Of a stretch of 64,000 nt of DNA, positions 38,931-48,614 are shown one piece after another. Origin of the DNA: an uncultured bacterium (GTDB lineage: Bacteria; Patescibacteriota; Minisyncoccia; Phycocordibacterales; CAIJYI01); contig CAIJYI010000037.1 in the NCBI GenBank assembly GCA_903824855.1, positions 18,684 through 82,683 on the forward strand, given 5' to 3'. The notes beneath the pieces are model-generated. The model did no database searches and was not told the origin of the DNA. It worked only from the letters and a program-made list of their open reading frames with translations. Numbering within the stretch: the stretch's first letter is position 1; every line of letters starts with the position of its first letter. The position numbers and the translations under genes are program-made.

Positions 38931-39557
38931 ATGCAAGAAAAAAAAATCGAGATAAATAATGTTGAATCATCCTCCCATGAAGAAATCCAGAAAGCCGGAT
39001 ATGTCGCCGCGGTAATTCTCGCGACCATCGTCAACGCAGCCGAAATACAGGCAGGATATGAGGCCGGAGCGATACCTGATACGACAACGGAACAAATCGC
39101 GCCAAAAAACAAAGAGGAGAAATTGGTTGCCGCCGATCCATTGCTTTATCCGAACATGACTCAAGAGCAGATTGATAGCGTAGCAAAAGCTGCCGTTGAA
39201 AAATTCGAAATGAACAAAGCTTTTGAAAACATCCTTCATGAGTGCGATGCTCTCGTAAAAGCCCAAAAAGGAACAGAGTCTGCCGTCAACATGTGTGTTG
39301 ATTGGTATAAAGCAGAGGCTCTGAAAGGAAACGGAAAGGCGGCACTGGAAATTATTTTGCAAAATCACAAAGAAATAACACAAAATAAGCATGATCTAGT
39401 CGGGTCCAGCATAATGAATAAATTAGCCACTGTTCTCGTGGGATTATCCGTCGTTGGAACCTTAATGAAAAAAAGTGCTTCACTGAATAAAACACTTCCT
39501 AAAGATAAAGATGAAGATTTTTCCATTGAATCCTACTGGAAAAATTCCGCCAAATAA
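38931..39557 (+). CDS. Hypothetical protein
   Basis: ATG at 38931 with TATAAT at 38891-38896. No motif recognised. Confidence 0.5.
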   Translation: MQEKKIEINNVESSSHEEIQKAGYVAAVILATIVNAAEIQAGYEAGAIPDTTTEQIAPKNKEEKLVAADPLLYPNMTQEQIDSVAKAAVEKFEMNKAFENILHECDALVKAQKGTESAVNMCVDWYKAEALKGNGKAALEIILQNHKEITQNKHDLVGSSIMNKLATVLVGLSVVGTLMKKSASLNKTLPKDKDEDFSIESYWKNSAK

Positions 39558-39648
39558 TTCTTCACCCTATAAGTATCAAAAATTACCTTTATTAACTCCG
39601 CGGGCACAAAAGACCTGCGGAGTTTTGACAAACCGCTGAAATTTATAT

Positions 39649-40746
39649 ATGCTTAAAGCCATGAAAATCGAAATCAAAAAACTTCCCAAATCTCTCGTTG
39701 AGATTATGGGCACAATAGATACAGAGGACTTTGAATCCTTCCGAGGAAAAGCAATGAAGCACTTAGCTGAACATGCCGACCTACCGGGATTTAGAAAAGG
39801 TCATATCCCTGAAGCAACCCTGATAAGTGCGATTGGCGAAATGCCGATCCTTGAAGAAATGGCCGAAATAGCCATTGATTCACGTTATCCGGAAATTATT
39901 ATGGGAAACAAAATAGATGCCATCGGACATCCGAGCATTTCCATATTAAAACTCGCAAAAGCAAACCCTTTTGAGTTTAAAATCGTCACCGCCGTCGTTC
40001 CTGAAATTGAACTTCCTGATTACAAAAAAATTGCCGGGAAGAAAACCAAAGACACGATTAAGGTAACAGTTGAAGACAAAGAAGTTGATGATGTTATCCT
40101 AAACATCAGAAAACAACGCGCAGGAAAAGCGGAGACAATGGGAGAAGAAGGCACCGTCATTGAAACTGAAATTAAAGAAGAAAATCTCCCCGCCCTCGAT
40201 GAAGAATTCCTTAAATCTTTAGGTGAATTTAAAACTGTCGATGATTTGAAAAAATTATTGAGAGAAAATATGACGAAAGAAAAGGAGCAACAGGCAAAAG
40301 AAAAAAGAAGAATGGAAATCATAAATGCTATCAGCGAAGAAACAAAAGCTGAACTTCCTGATATTCTCATTGAAAGCGAGCTCGGACGAATGGTGGCTCA
40401 ATTCAAGCATGATGTTTCTCAGATGGGAATTAAATTTGAGGATTATCTTGTCCACTTGAAAAAAACAGAAGAAGATATGAAGAAGGAATGGACAAAAGAC
40501 GCGGAAGCGAGAGCAAAAACTCAACTTATCATCAATAAAATTGCAGACGAAGAAAAGATTAATCCGGAAAAAGCGGATCTTGAAAAAGAAATTGATCATA
40601 TTATGGAACACTATCCTGATGCCGACAGAAACAGAACCATAGGATATGTTGAAATGGTTATGACCAACGAAAAAGTTTTGGAATTCCTTGAATCTCCTAC
40701 AAAAAAAGGAAAGGAAAAAGAGGAAGAAAAAGAAGTGGAAAAATAA
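39649..40746 (+). CDS. tig: Trigger factor lacking the PPIase domain
   Basis: N-domain signature LPGFRKGHIP. The C-domain aligns to trigger-factor arm regions. About 45 aa separate the two domains where the roughly 100-aa FKBP domain would be. Confidence 0.75.
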   Translation: MLKAMKIEIKKLPKSLVEIMGTIDTEDFESFRGKAMKHLAEHADLPGFRKGHIPEATLISAIGEMPILEEMAEIAIDSRYPEIIMGNKIDAIGHPSISILKLAKANPFEFKIVTAVVPEIELPDYKKIAGKKTKDTIKVTVEDKEVDDVILNIRKQRAGKAETMGEEGTVIETEIKEENLPALDEEFLKSLGEFKTVDDLKKLLRENMTKEKEQQAKEKRRMEIINAISEETKAELPDILIESELGRMVAQFKHDVSQMGIKFEDYLVHLKKTEEDMKKEWTKDAEARAKTQLIINKIADEEKINPEKADLEKEIDHIMEHYPDADRNRTIGYVEMVMTNEKVLEFLESPTKKGKEKEEEKEVEK

Positions 40747-40751
40747 AAAAA

Positions 40752-40792
40752 GAAACCCTCTGCTCAATAACGAGCAGAGGGTTTTTTGTTTT
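40752..40792. terminator. Bidirectional rho-independent terminator
   Basis: Hairpin aaaccctctgctc-aataac-gagcagagggttt followed by a T-run. Confidence 0.8.
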
Positions 40793-41971
40793 TTATTGCT
40801 TATGTTCCTCTTGGTATATTTTAATCGCTTCCGCAATAACTTTTGGAACTTTTCGATCTAACGAAATAGGAAGAATTTTATCTTTTTTGGGTCGTTTTAT
40901 CATTCCCGCAATAGCCTCTGCTACGCGAATGAGCATTTCTTCAGTAATTTTCTTCACTCCGTTATCTAATACTCCACGGAAAACGCCCGGGAATACGAGG
41001 CAATTATTCGTCTGATTGGGAAATTTTGAACTTCCTGTCGCGACGATAAAAGCACCGGCATCTAATGCGACGTCCGGAAGAATTTCAGGAATCGGATTAG
41101 ATAAAGCAAAAATGAGCGGATCTTTATTCATACGAAGAACCATTTCTTTGGTGAGAATATTCGGGGCGGAAACTCCGATAAAAATATCCTTGCAACCAAT
41201 GATATCCGAAAGAGTTCCGCTTTCATTAAATCTGTTGGTCTTTTTCGCGATGAGATATTTTTCGCGGTTTTTTTCATCCGGAGTAATCAGGTCGGAACGT
41301 CCTTCCCTTATTGCACCTTTTGTATCAACCACGACAATATTCAAGAACCCGTAGGTCAGAAGCAGTTTTGTAATGGCAATACCGGCAGCACCGGCGCCAT
41401 TTACCACTATTTCCACCTCTTCTTTATTAAGGTGGCGCAAACGCAGAGCGTTTATTAGTCCTGCGAGAACAACTACTGCTGTTCCCCACTGGTCATCATG
41501 CATCACCGGAATATCCAATTCTTCCCGAAGCCTTTGTTCTATTTCAAAACAACGAGGAGCAGAAATATCTTCCAGATTAATACCACCAAAAGTTGGAGCA
41601 ATTTGTTTGACGAATTTAACAATATCATCAACATCGTGCGCGTCGATACATAAAGGAAACGCATCTACTCCGCCCAATTGTTTGAAAAGGACCGCTTTCC
41701 CTTCCATCACAGGAAGAGCCGCTTCAGGACCAAGATTACCAAGTCCGAGAATCGCTGTTCCGTCAGAAACGACGGCGACCGTGTTCTTTTTTATAGTTAA
41801 TTCTTTGGCAAGTGATATATCTTTTCCGATTACGATACAAGGCTCCGCCACCCCGGGTGTATATAAAAGAGAAAGGTCTTCAATATTCCGAATTTTCTTT
41901 TTTATGCCTGTTTCTATTTTTCCACCAAGCTCAAAATGAAGAGCGAGGGATTTTTCAGATGTACTCGACAT
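40793..41971 (-). CDS. NAD(P)-dependent malic enzyme
   Basis: LYTPGVAEPC, VVSDGTAILGLGNLG and DDQWGTAVV motifs. Start taken at the MSSTSEKS ATG. Confidence 0.85.
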   Translation of the reverse strand: MSSTSEKSLALHFELGGKIETGIKKKIRNIEDLSLLYTPGVAEPCIVIGKDISLAKELTIKKNTVAVVSDGTAILGLGNLGPEAALPVMEGKAVLFKQLGGVDAFPLCIDAHDVDDIVKFVKQIAPTFGGINLEDISAPRCFEIEQRLREELDIPVMHDDQWGTAVVVLAGLINALRLRHLNKEEVEIVVNGAGAAGIAITKLLLTYGFLNIVVVDTKGAIREGRSDLITPDEKNREKYLIAKKTNRFNESGTLSDIIGCKDIFIGVSAPNILTKEMVLRMNKDPLIFALSNPIPEILPDVALDAGAFIVATGSSKFPNQTNNCLVFPGVFRGVLDNGVKKITEEMLIRVAEAIAGMIKRPKKDKILPISLDRKVPKVIAEAIKIYQEEHKQ

Positions 41972-42104
41972 TTTTATTTTCCTCATAAGGTCAAAAAAAT
42001 GATTATTATTTTCCTCACAGAACGTGAGGAATCTGTTTTTAGAATACTGCTTGTACGTTATTCTGTCAAATAAAAACCCGCCTTCCAGAGAAAGCGGGTT
42101 GCCT

Positions 42105-42290
42105 TTAAAACATCGGAGATGCAATAAAAGGAATTATATAAACGGCGTACAAATAGAATGCCCATAAGAGCCCGGTGAAACCGAAAATAGAAAGAGGGAG
42201 CGCTTTATAAAAGCCTTCACTCACTTCAACAACTCCGGAAGCAACAAGTAAACCAACCGATACAACGAGCAACAAAACTGCCCAAATCAT
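42105..42290 (-). CDS. Small membrane protein
   Basis: AAGGAG lies 8 nt upstream of the ATG at 42290. Two TM helices. A terminator hairpin sits downstream at about 42073-42100. Confidence 0.45.
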   Translation of the reverse strand: MIWAVLLLVVSVGLLVASGVVEVSEGFYKALPLSIFGFTGLLWAFYLYAVYIIPFIASPMF

Positions 42291-42427
42291 GATAATTTCT
42301 CCTTTTTGAAAAACTTTAATCTGCATTTAGTATACCAAAGTTAGGACTACTTGTCAAGTAAACATCGGTGTGCTATACTATCGACGTTATCAAATAGATA
42401 ACAACTACAAGTTAAAATCTTACCTAT

Positions 42428-43009
42428 ATGTTAATTCCTACAGTAATCGAAAAGTCACAATTCGGCGAACGCGCATACGACATCTACTCTCGCCTTCTTC
42501 GCGAGCGTATCGTCTTCCTCGCGGGCCCAATCGATGATTACACCGCAAATATCGTTATTGCACAGCTTCTTTTCCTTGAAGCAGAAGACCCAAAAAAGGA
42601 TATTATGCTCTATATCAACAGCCCGGGAGGTTCGGTCACCGCAGGCCTCGCCATCTATGACACAATGGAGCACATCAAACCCGATGTTTCTACCATTTGC
42701 GTCGGTATCGCCGCATCTATGGGTGCCGTACTTCTCTCTTCCGGAGCCAAGGGAAAGCGTTTTGCTCTCCCGAATGCCGAAGTTATGATTCATCAGGTTA
42801 TGGGTGGAGCCGAAGGACAAGCATCAGATATAGAGATTACCGCTCGCCACATCCTAAAAACAAAGGAAAACTTAGGCCGAATTCTCGCCAAAAACACCAA
42901 GAAAAGCATTGAGCGAGTCACCAAAGACTCTGATCGCGACTACTATATGAGCGCAGAAGAAGCCAAAGCCTATGGATTGGTTGACGATGTATTCCATCCT
43001 AAAACCTAA
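42428..43009 (+). CDS. clpP: ATP-dependent Clp protease proteolytic subunit
   Basis: Catalytic Ser/His/Asp region [18 protein letters not shown]. 193 aa. Confidence 0.95.
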   Translation: MLIPTVIEKSQFGERAYDIYSRLLRERIVFLAGPIDDYTANIVIAQLLFLEAEDPKKDIMLYINSPGGSVTAGLAIYDTMEHIKPDVSTICVGIAASMGAVLLSSGAKGKRFALPNAEVMIHQVMGGAEGQASDIEITARHILKTKENLGRILAKNTKKSIERVTKDSDRDYYMSAEEAKAYGLVDDVFHPKT

Positions 43010-43017
43010 CTCTAAAA

Positions 43018-43056
43018 TAAAAAAGAACGATTACTGTGTAATCGTTCTTTTTTCAG
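43018..43056 (+). terminator. Rho-independent terminator
   Basis: Hairpin aaagaacgatta-ctgtg-taatcgttcttt followed by TTTT. Confidence 0.75.
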
Positions 43057-43057
43057 T

Positions 43058-43128
43058 ATTTCGTCGTAATTTCGTCGTACTTTATAAACTTGATGAACTT
43101 TATAACTTGATAAACTGAATGAACTCCG
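43058..43128. repeat. Second copy of the iteron-like 9-mer array (TCGTCGTA-ATTTCGTCGTAC + TTTATAAAC TTGATGAAC TTTATAAC TTGATAAAC TGAATGAAC)
   Basis: Shares an identical 18-mer TTTATAACTTGATAAACT and the CGTCGT..GTAC box with the array at 29736-29790. Confidence 0.6.
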
Positions 43129-43343
43129 ATTTATTGGACTTTTATCCCCCACTCTGCTATTATCGAAGTATTCGTTATGAGTTAATTCCCGCTACCGAAG
43201 GGTTGCGGACACAGGTTTCACTCGAAAGAATACCCCCATAAAATCTTATGCGATTTCAATTACGAAAAACATCTATTATACTCAATATTCTGATAGAAAC
43301 GCCTAGGTGGTAGGGGTTTTCGCGTAGAGCGGAACCAACCACA

Positions 43344-44867
43344 ATGTTATTACAAATATTATCGCTCGTTGCCATCACTCTCGCTGGGGTGGTTTTCGGG
43401 TATTACCTTCGCCTGTTGGTATCTTTGGGCAAAAAAGGTTCTATGGAAATTCAGATAAAGCAAATGCTCCTGAATGCCAAAGAAGACGCACAGAAGATCA
43501 CCACAAAAGCGGAGAAAGAAGCAGCAGCAAAGTTAGAAGAATTTAAGGCGGAGGAAAAAGAGAAAAAAGAAGTCCTCAAAAGAACAGAAGATCGTTATAT
43601 TAAAAAAGAAGAACTCCTCGATAAACGCCAACAAGATATTGACCGTGAAGTCGAAGGATTAAAGCAAAAAGTCGTCGAAATAAAGAAAATCCGCGAAGAT
43701 AGTGAGGATTTAAAAAAAGGCATTGAGAAAGACCTCGCAAGAATTGCCAATCTCACTCCTGAAAAAGCAAAAGAAGAGCTTATTCTAAAAATTGAGAAAC
43801 AAAGCGAAGAAGATATCCTCGTTCGCATCCAAAAATTGGAAATGACGGGAGCTGAAAAATTAGAGAGAAAAGCGAAAGAAATACTCACCACAGCCATTCA
43901 TCGCCTTGGAAATTCCGTTTCTTCAGATGTTCTTACCACCGCCGTAACCATTCCGAACGATGAAATCAAAGGAAAGATTATCGGAAAAGAAGGCCGTAAC
44001 ATCCGTGCATTTGAAAGAGTTGCCGGTGTTGAGCTTATCGTTGACGATACCCCGGGTTCTATCACTATCTCAGCTTTTGACCCGGTAAGAAGGAATATCG
44101 CAAAGCTTGCCCTTGAAAATCTTATCGCTGACGGACGCATCCAACCGGTCAAGATTGAAGAAATGGTTGATAAAGCCAAAAATGAGATTAATAAAATCAT
44201 TAAAGAATCGGGAGAAAAAGCGGTTTACGAATGTGGAGTTTATAATCTTGATCCTCGCATCGTTTCCATTCTTGGACGTCTCCACTTCAGAACAAGCTAC
44301 GGACAAAACGTCCTTCAACATTCCATCGAAATGGCTCACATCTGCGGAATGCTCGCAGCAGAACTCGGCGCTGACGTTCAGATAGCCAAAGCGGGCGCCC
44401 TTCTCCACGACATCGGTAAAGCCGTTGACCACGAGATTCAAGGAACGCACGTTGATATCGGAAGAAGAATTCTTCAGAAATTCGGAGCTGATGAAAGAAT
44501 CATCAAAGCGATGCAAGCCCATCACGAAGAATATCCATACGAAACTATTGAATCAATTCTCGTTCAGGTTGCCGACGCCATTTCCGGCGGACGCCCGGGA
44601 GCAAGACGTGATTCCGTTGAAAATTACATCAAAAGATTGGAAGAACTTGAAAGAATTGCTAATTCATTTACCGGCGTAGAAAAAGCATATGCATTGCAAG
44701 CCGGTCGTGAAATTCGCGTTTTTGTTTTCCCCGATGCCATCTCAGATCTTGAAGCAAAACGCCTCGCACGAGAAATCGCGCTTCGCGTAGAAAACGAACT
44801 CAAATACCCCGGAGAAATAAAAGTAAACGTTATTCGAGAAACAAGAGTTATCGAATACGCACGATAA
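43344..44867 (+). CDS. rny: Ribonuclease Y
   Basis: N-terminal TM segment and coiled coil. KH (IIGKEGRNIRAFERVAGVELIV) and HD (HSIEMAHICGMLAAELG...LLHDIGKA) domains. Confidence 0.9.
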   Translation: MLLQILSLVAITLAGVVFGYYLRLLVSLGKKGSMEIQIKQMLLNAKEDAQKITTKAEKEAAAKLEEFKAEEKEKKEVLKRTEDRYIKKEELLDKRQQDIDREVEGLKQKVVEIKKIREDSEDLKKGIEKDLARIANLTPEKAKEELILKIEKQSEEDILVRIQKLEMTGAEKLERKAKEILTTAIHRLGNSVSSDVLTTAVTIPNDEIKGKIIGKEGRNIRAFERVAGVELIVDDTPGSITISAFDPVRRNIAKLALENLIADGRIQPVKIEEMVDKAKNEINKIIKESGEKAVYECGVYNLDPRIVSILGRLHFRTSYGQNVLQHSIEMAHICGMLAAELGADVQIAKAGALLHDIGKAVDHEIQGTHVDIGRRILQKFGADERIIKAMQAHHEEYPYETIESILVQVADAISGGRPGARRDSVENYIKRLEELERIANSFTGVEKAYALQAGREIRVFVFPDAISDLEAKRLAREIALRVENELKYPGEIKVNVIRETRVIEYAR

Positions 44868-44893
44868 AAAACATATCCTAAATTATCGCTCTA

Positions 44894-44923
44894 AATCGCA
44901 CTTTTTACGGGGTGCGATTTTTT
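44894..44923 (+). terminator. Rho-independent terminator
   Basis: Hairpin aaatcgcac...gtgcgattt followed by TTTTG. Confidence 0.6.
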
Positions 44924-45062
44924 GCATTTTATTTAACTATTTCAAAGTGTTCCTTCTTCGGTTGTGAATATCTGTCTCTGCACACGATATTTAATACATC
45001 CTTTTCCTTTCCGTTTCAATCACTCCTGTCAAGTTATTGTGTGGATAGAAAAATATCGCTCT

Positions 45063-45090
45063 ATTGCAAACTATTTTCAATGCTATATAA
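45063..45090 (+). promoter_or_regulatory. Putative sigma70 promoter upstream of hup (TTGCAA, 16-nt spacer, TATAAT)
   Basis: Read directly. Lies about 88 nt upstream of the hup ATG. Confidence 0.4.
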
Positions 45091-45176
45091 TAAGAGTAAG
45101 AATATTTGGTCGATTCGAATTGTTCGCAAAATTTTTGAGAACAAACGAAACTTATAAAACTAATCAAACTTGTATC

Positions 45177-45449
45177 ATGAACAAGCAAGATCTCATTGAA
45201 GCGGTACATGGCGTTCTCGGTGGAACAAAGAAATCCGCTGAAGATGCTGTTGAGATGGTAATCTCAACTATCGTAGGAAGCTTGAAGAAAGGAGAAGACG
45301 TCTCCGTCGCAGGTCTTGGAATTTTCGCAGTGAAGGCCCGAAAGGCTCGCACCGCTAGAAATCCAAAAACCGGTGAATTGATCCAGGTCGCGGCTATGAC
45401 AGTTCCGAAATTCCGCGCCTCCAAAGCTCTTAAAGATGCGGTAAAGTAA
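45177..45449 (+). CDS. hup: DNA-binding protein HU
   Basis: MNKQDLIEAV...GFGTFAVKARKARTARNPKTGE signature. 90 aa. Confidence 0.9.
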   Translation: MNKQDLIEAVHGVLGGTKKSAEDAVEMVISTIVGSLKKGEDVSVAGLGIFAVKARKARTARNPKTGELIQVAAMTVPKFRASKALKDAVK

Positions 45450-45473
45450 GACTTCTTACTTTCCAACCTTTAC

Positions 45474-45503
45474 AAAAAACCCTCCGTTCGGAGGGTTTTT
45501 TGA
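45474..45503. terminator. Bidirectional rho-independent terminator
   Basis: Hairpin aaccctccg-ttc-ggagggtt flanked by A- and T-runs. Confidence 0.8.
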
Positions 45504-45530
45504 ATCTAAAAAATAAAGTTCAAAAAATGG

Positions 45531-46664
45531 CTAAATAAATATCCTTTGGATTTTCGGGTTAATCCTCGTAACAATCTCATAACTGGAACTATCCGCATAA
45601 GAAGCAACTTCTTCAGGTGTAATAATCTCATCACCCATTTTTCCAATAAGGATAACCTCATCACCCATTTTTGTTTTTTCAATATCGCTCACATCAACCG
45701 TAATCATATCCATAGAAACACGACCAAGGACTCTCGCACGCTTTCCACCGATTAATACGTGCCCAATAGACGACAGCGACCGTGGGAAGCCATGCCAATA
45801 GCCGATAGGACAAATTGCGACCTTGGTATTTTTTTGAAAAGTCTCCGTGAAGTTATAGCCGATTCTCTCCCCTTTCGGTATTATTTTAATTTCAGCAATA
45901 ATCGTTTTCCAGACAAGAATAGGGGATAATTTTATTTTTTTCTCAAGCGCTCGTTTCACCTCCTGCGCAGGCCATAGTCCGGACAAGCCCATTCCGATGC
46001 GAACCATATCAAAATGATATTGAGGGAAAAGAAGAGCCCCCGATGTTGCGCTCGCGTGCTTAATAAAAGTAAAACCGGCATTCATGAGAATCTCCACCGC
46101 CTCTTCAAATTCTTTTGCTTGATTTTCCGTATCAGCGGTAAAACTCGGATTCTTTGCATTAGCAAAATGCGTATAAACGCCTTCTATCACAATTTGTTTG
46201 TTTTTTAAAAGGATAGCGGAAAGCTTTTTCACGTCTTTTATGAAAAATCCCTGACGATGCATACCACTATCAATTTTTATATGAACGCGGGCGGGAGTTT
46301 TTTCTTTCACAAGCAAATTAAGCGCATCAAAACTCGAAAGAGTAATACAAATATTGTTTTTGGTGGCAACATGGATATTTTCATTTATCGTGTAACCCAA
46401 AACAAGCACCGGTTTCGTGATTCCGGCTTTTCTGAGCGCTAAACCCTCGGTAATTGAATCCACCCCGAAGTAATCAGCACCAAGAGTATCCAATTCTTTA
46501 GAAAACCCAATGAGCTCATTTCCATAGGCATTCGATTTCACCACAGCCATCAATTTCGTTCCTGGTTTGATCAGACCGCGAAAAACCTTGTAATTACTCG
46601 CCAGCGCCCGTCTATTGATTTCCAGCCATGTGCGGACTTTTAGTGTTTGGGGTTTGTTGTTCAT
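45531..46664 (-). CDS. alr: Alanine racemase
   Basis: PLP-lysine motif AVVKSNAYG. 377 aa. Confidence 0.85.
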   Translation of the reverse strand: MNNKPQTLKVRTWLEINRRALASNYKVFRGLIKPGTKLMAVVKSNAYGNELIGFSKELDTLGADYFGVDSITEGLALRKAGITKPVLVLGYTINENIHVATKNNICITLSSFDALNLLVKEKTPARVHIKIDSGMHRQGFFIKDVKKLSAILLKNKQIVIEGVYTHFANAKNPSFTADTENQAKEFEEAVEILMNAGFTFIKHASATSGALLFPQYHFDMVRIGMGLSGLWPAQEVKRALEKKIKLSPILVWKTIIAEIKIIPKGERIGYNFTETFQKNTKVAICPIGYWHGFPRSLSSIGHVLIGGKRARVLGRVSMDMITVDVSDIEKTKMGDEVILIGKMGDEIITPEEVASYADSSSYEIVTRINPKIQRIFI

Positions 46665-46734
46665 TAGATATATTATAACCGAAAATATCGATTTTGGTTA
46701 CTTGCAAAAAATTCCGCGTGTTGCGGAATTTTTT

Positions 46735-46878
46735 TGTGCCCGAGAGAGGAATCTTTCTCCTTACAGGAGCGGTACATGTTTTATACCTCACTTCGCCGAC
46801 CTCGGCTCGTTACGGTATATTCAACATCTTCAAATCCTCACGAAAGAGAAGCAGTTCTCTTTCTTCTCGGGCACACAA
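46735..46878. repeat. tRNA-Leu-linked structured element (copy 1): direct copy of the tRNA-Leu 3' end (tgtgcccgagagagga), a core of about 113 nt, then an inverted copy (cttctcgggcacaca)
   Basis: Homologous (about 80-85 percent) to the reverse complement of 48615-48756. Flanked by terminator hairpins at 46705-46735 and 46877-46903. Confidence 0.75.
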
Positions 46879-46906
46879 AAAATCGGCTCAATGCCGATTT
46901 TTTCTG

Positions 46907-46988
46907 TGCCCGAGAGAGGACTTGAACCTCCATGTATTGCTACATACGCACCTGAAGCGTACGCGTCTACCAATTTCGCCACCCGGGC
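46907..46988 (-). tRNA. tRNA-Leu (anticodon CAG), class II with long variable arm
   Basis: Hand-folded. Acceptor GCCCGGG/CTCGGGC, anticodon stem-loop TACGC-TTCAGGT-GCGTA, variable hairpin TGTAGCAATACA, T-arm GGAGG-TTCAAGT-CCTCT. No CCA encoded. Confidence 0.85.
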
Positions 46989-47065
46989 ATACGTGTATAT
47001 AAGGGATTAACAAATCATCCTTATATACACACCCTATCAAATCTCTCTATAAAATACCAATGGTA

Positions 47066-48361
47066 TTACTTCTTAAACCATTTACCGTATTTATCGCCAA
47101 ATTTTTTCAAATTGTCGGAGATGTCTTCTTCTTTATTTTTTTTAATTTCCGGTTTCGAATCCTCTTCTTTCTCTTCAATCAGTTCTTCACTATTCAATGC
47201 TGAAATTTCTTCTGATAGTTCTTCCTCAAATTCTTTTTTCAACTTAACCGGTTTTGGTTTCTTTCCTTCAATAATTTCGAGCATTTCCTCAATCTCATTT
47301 TTCGGCAAAAGTCCCTGTAAAACACCTCGGAATATTTGCTCTTGAAATTTCTTTTGCAGGATATTTGTCATTCCTCCCGGTGGCATACCTTTTCTTATCC
47401 AGTTGATATAAGGATATGCGGTTTCGCTAATAGGGAGAGTAACCAATACAATATCATCCGCCTGATTCGTATCATCAGATTTATTTCGTTTTGCCTTTGC
47501 AATCTGTCTCTTCTTTTTCTCTTGTGTCTCAGGGTTCGTATTCATCGTCAATTGGACACCTATTTCTTCCGTTTCTTCTGATTCTTCAACCCTTACCCCA
47601 CGAAGTCTTTTTGGAATACGAATATAAAAATCTATTTTTCCCTCAACATCTTCGTAAATATCCGCATCTTCAATCTTTATCGGAAGATTACAGTCAATAA
47701 TCATCTTCTGAAAAAATGTTTTAACAATTTTTTCAGCAACTATTCCGGGCTGTATTTCATTTTTTTCTCGCCGTTCTGATACCGCCGTATAAGCCGTGGT
47801 TAGATGCTCACGCCCAATCCTATCAAACTCTGAGGTCGATTTTGGTTTCTGGTGAATTTCTGTTTTTAAAATTTGATCATCCGCCAAAGAAAGAATATTT
47901 CTTCTTGCGTCATCGACAATAAATCGTTTTCTCACTTCTCTCGGAACGGTTCCGTCCATTTCATATAAAATCCCCCATTCCGGGTCAGTCAAGATTTCGC
48001 CTTTTGTTGCAGAAGATTTTGTTCCGTCAGGAAGAGTAATAATGGCTTTTTCCTCTTTTTCGTTCCATGAAACGGAACGCACGGTTGTATCCCCGTCAAA
48101 ACCAATAACGGGTTCATCTTTATCGATGGCCTGCAGTTTTTCATGCAGTTTACCCATTATCTTATTCTTCATATTTTGCAAAGTGAAGATTTCCGCCGCC
48201 GTTTCTTTTGTCCATATCCCTTTTTTCACAAAGTCTTTTCCCATTTGAGTAATCTCACCCTTTATCGTGTTTTTCTCTCCTTCATCTTGAGATTTTTTAA
48301 ACTCGGTTATTTTCTCATTCGTTGCGAGCAACGATTCTTCAAAATTTTCTTTCATATGCAT
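47066..48361 (-). CDS. Acidic hypothetical protein (about 430 aa) enclosed between the two tRNA-linked elements
   Basis: Long ORF with a Glu/Lys-rich C-terminus. No motif recognised. Start ambiguous (48361 or 48355; the track start at 48388 is TTG). Confidence 0.6.
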   Translation of the reverse strand: MHMKENFEESLLATNEKITEFKKSQDEGEKNTIKGEITQMGKDFVKKGIWTKETAAEIFTLQNMKNKIMGKLHEKLQAIDKDEPVIGFDGDTTVRSVSWNEKEEKAIITLPDGTKSSATKGEILTDPEWGILYEMDGTVPREVRKRFIVDDARRNILSLADDQILKTEIHQKPKSTSEFDRIGREHLTTAYTAVSERREKNEIQPGIVAEKIVKTFFQKMIIDCNLPIKIEDADIYEDVEGKIDFYIRIPKRLRGVRVEESEETEEIGVQLTMNTNPETQEKKKRQIAKAKRNKSDDTNQADDIVLVTLPISETAYPYINWIRKGMPPGGMTNILQKKFQEQIFRGVLQGLLPKNEIEEMLEIIEGKKPKPVKLKKEFEEELSEEISALNSEELIEEKEEDSKPEIKKNKEEDISDNLKKFGDKYGKWFKK

Positions 48362-48488
48362 ACAGAATACCAAATTGAAGAAGAACAAGCAAAAAACTTT
48401 TAAATCTCACAGAAATGATTTCGTCCTCTTACGGTGGTATTTTTTTGTTTTTTATGATATATATAATAGTAATTGAATAAAGAACGGG

Positions 48489-48575
48489 GAGAGGTGGCTG
48501 AGTGGTCGAAAGCGCCTCACTGCTAACGAGGTATCCTGTAAAAAGGATCCAGGGTTCGAATCCCTGCCTCTCCGC
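48489..48575 (+). tRNA. tRNA-Ser (anticodon GCU), class II
   Basis: Hand-folded. Acceptor GGAGAGG/CCTCTCC, D-arm GCT-GAGTGGTCGAA-AGC, anticodon loop CTGCTAA with an A31-C39 mismatch, variable hairpin ATCCT-GTAAAA-AGGAT, T-arm CAGGG-TTCGAAT-CCCTG. Confidence 0.75.
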
Positions 48576-48614
48576 CTGTATTAAGAAATGCCCTTTTTAG
48601 GGTATTTTTTAATG

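Noticed and set aside
41016-41939. Plus-strand ORFs of 112 and 188 aa
   Set aside because: They are antisense within the malic enzyme gene. Their Ser/Pro/Ala-rich composition is typical of GC-skewed antisense frames.
43130-43343. Possible structured RNA or riboswitch in the 210-nt leader of rny
   Set aside because: I do not recognise any known consensus (RNase P, SRP, tmRNA, 6S). Only a potential hairpin sequestering the RBS region was seen. That is too weak to call.
43595-44525. Several minus-strand ORFs of 100-151 aa
   Set aside because: They are antisense within rny (RNase Y), whose KH/HD motifs are unambiguous.
46615-47010. Three overlapping small plus-strand ORFs (46615, 46694, 46734)
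   Set aside because: They cover the tRNA-Leu gene, terminator hairpins and the tRNA-linked element. Their translations are incoherent across frames, so they are almost certainly non-coding.
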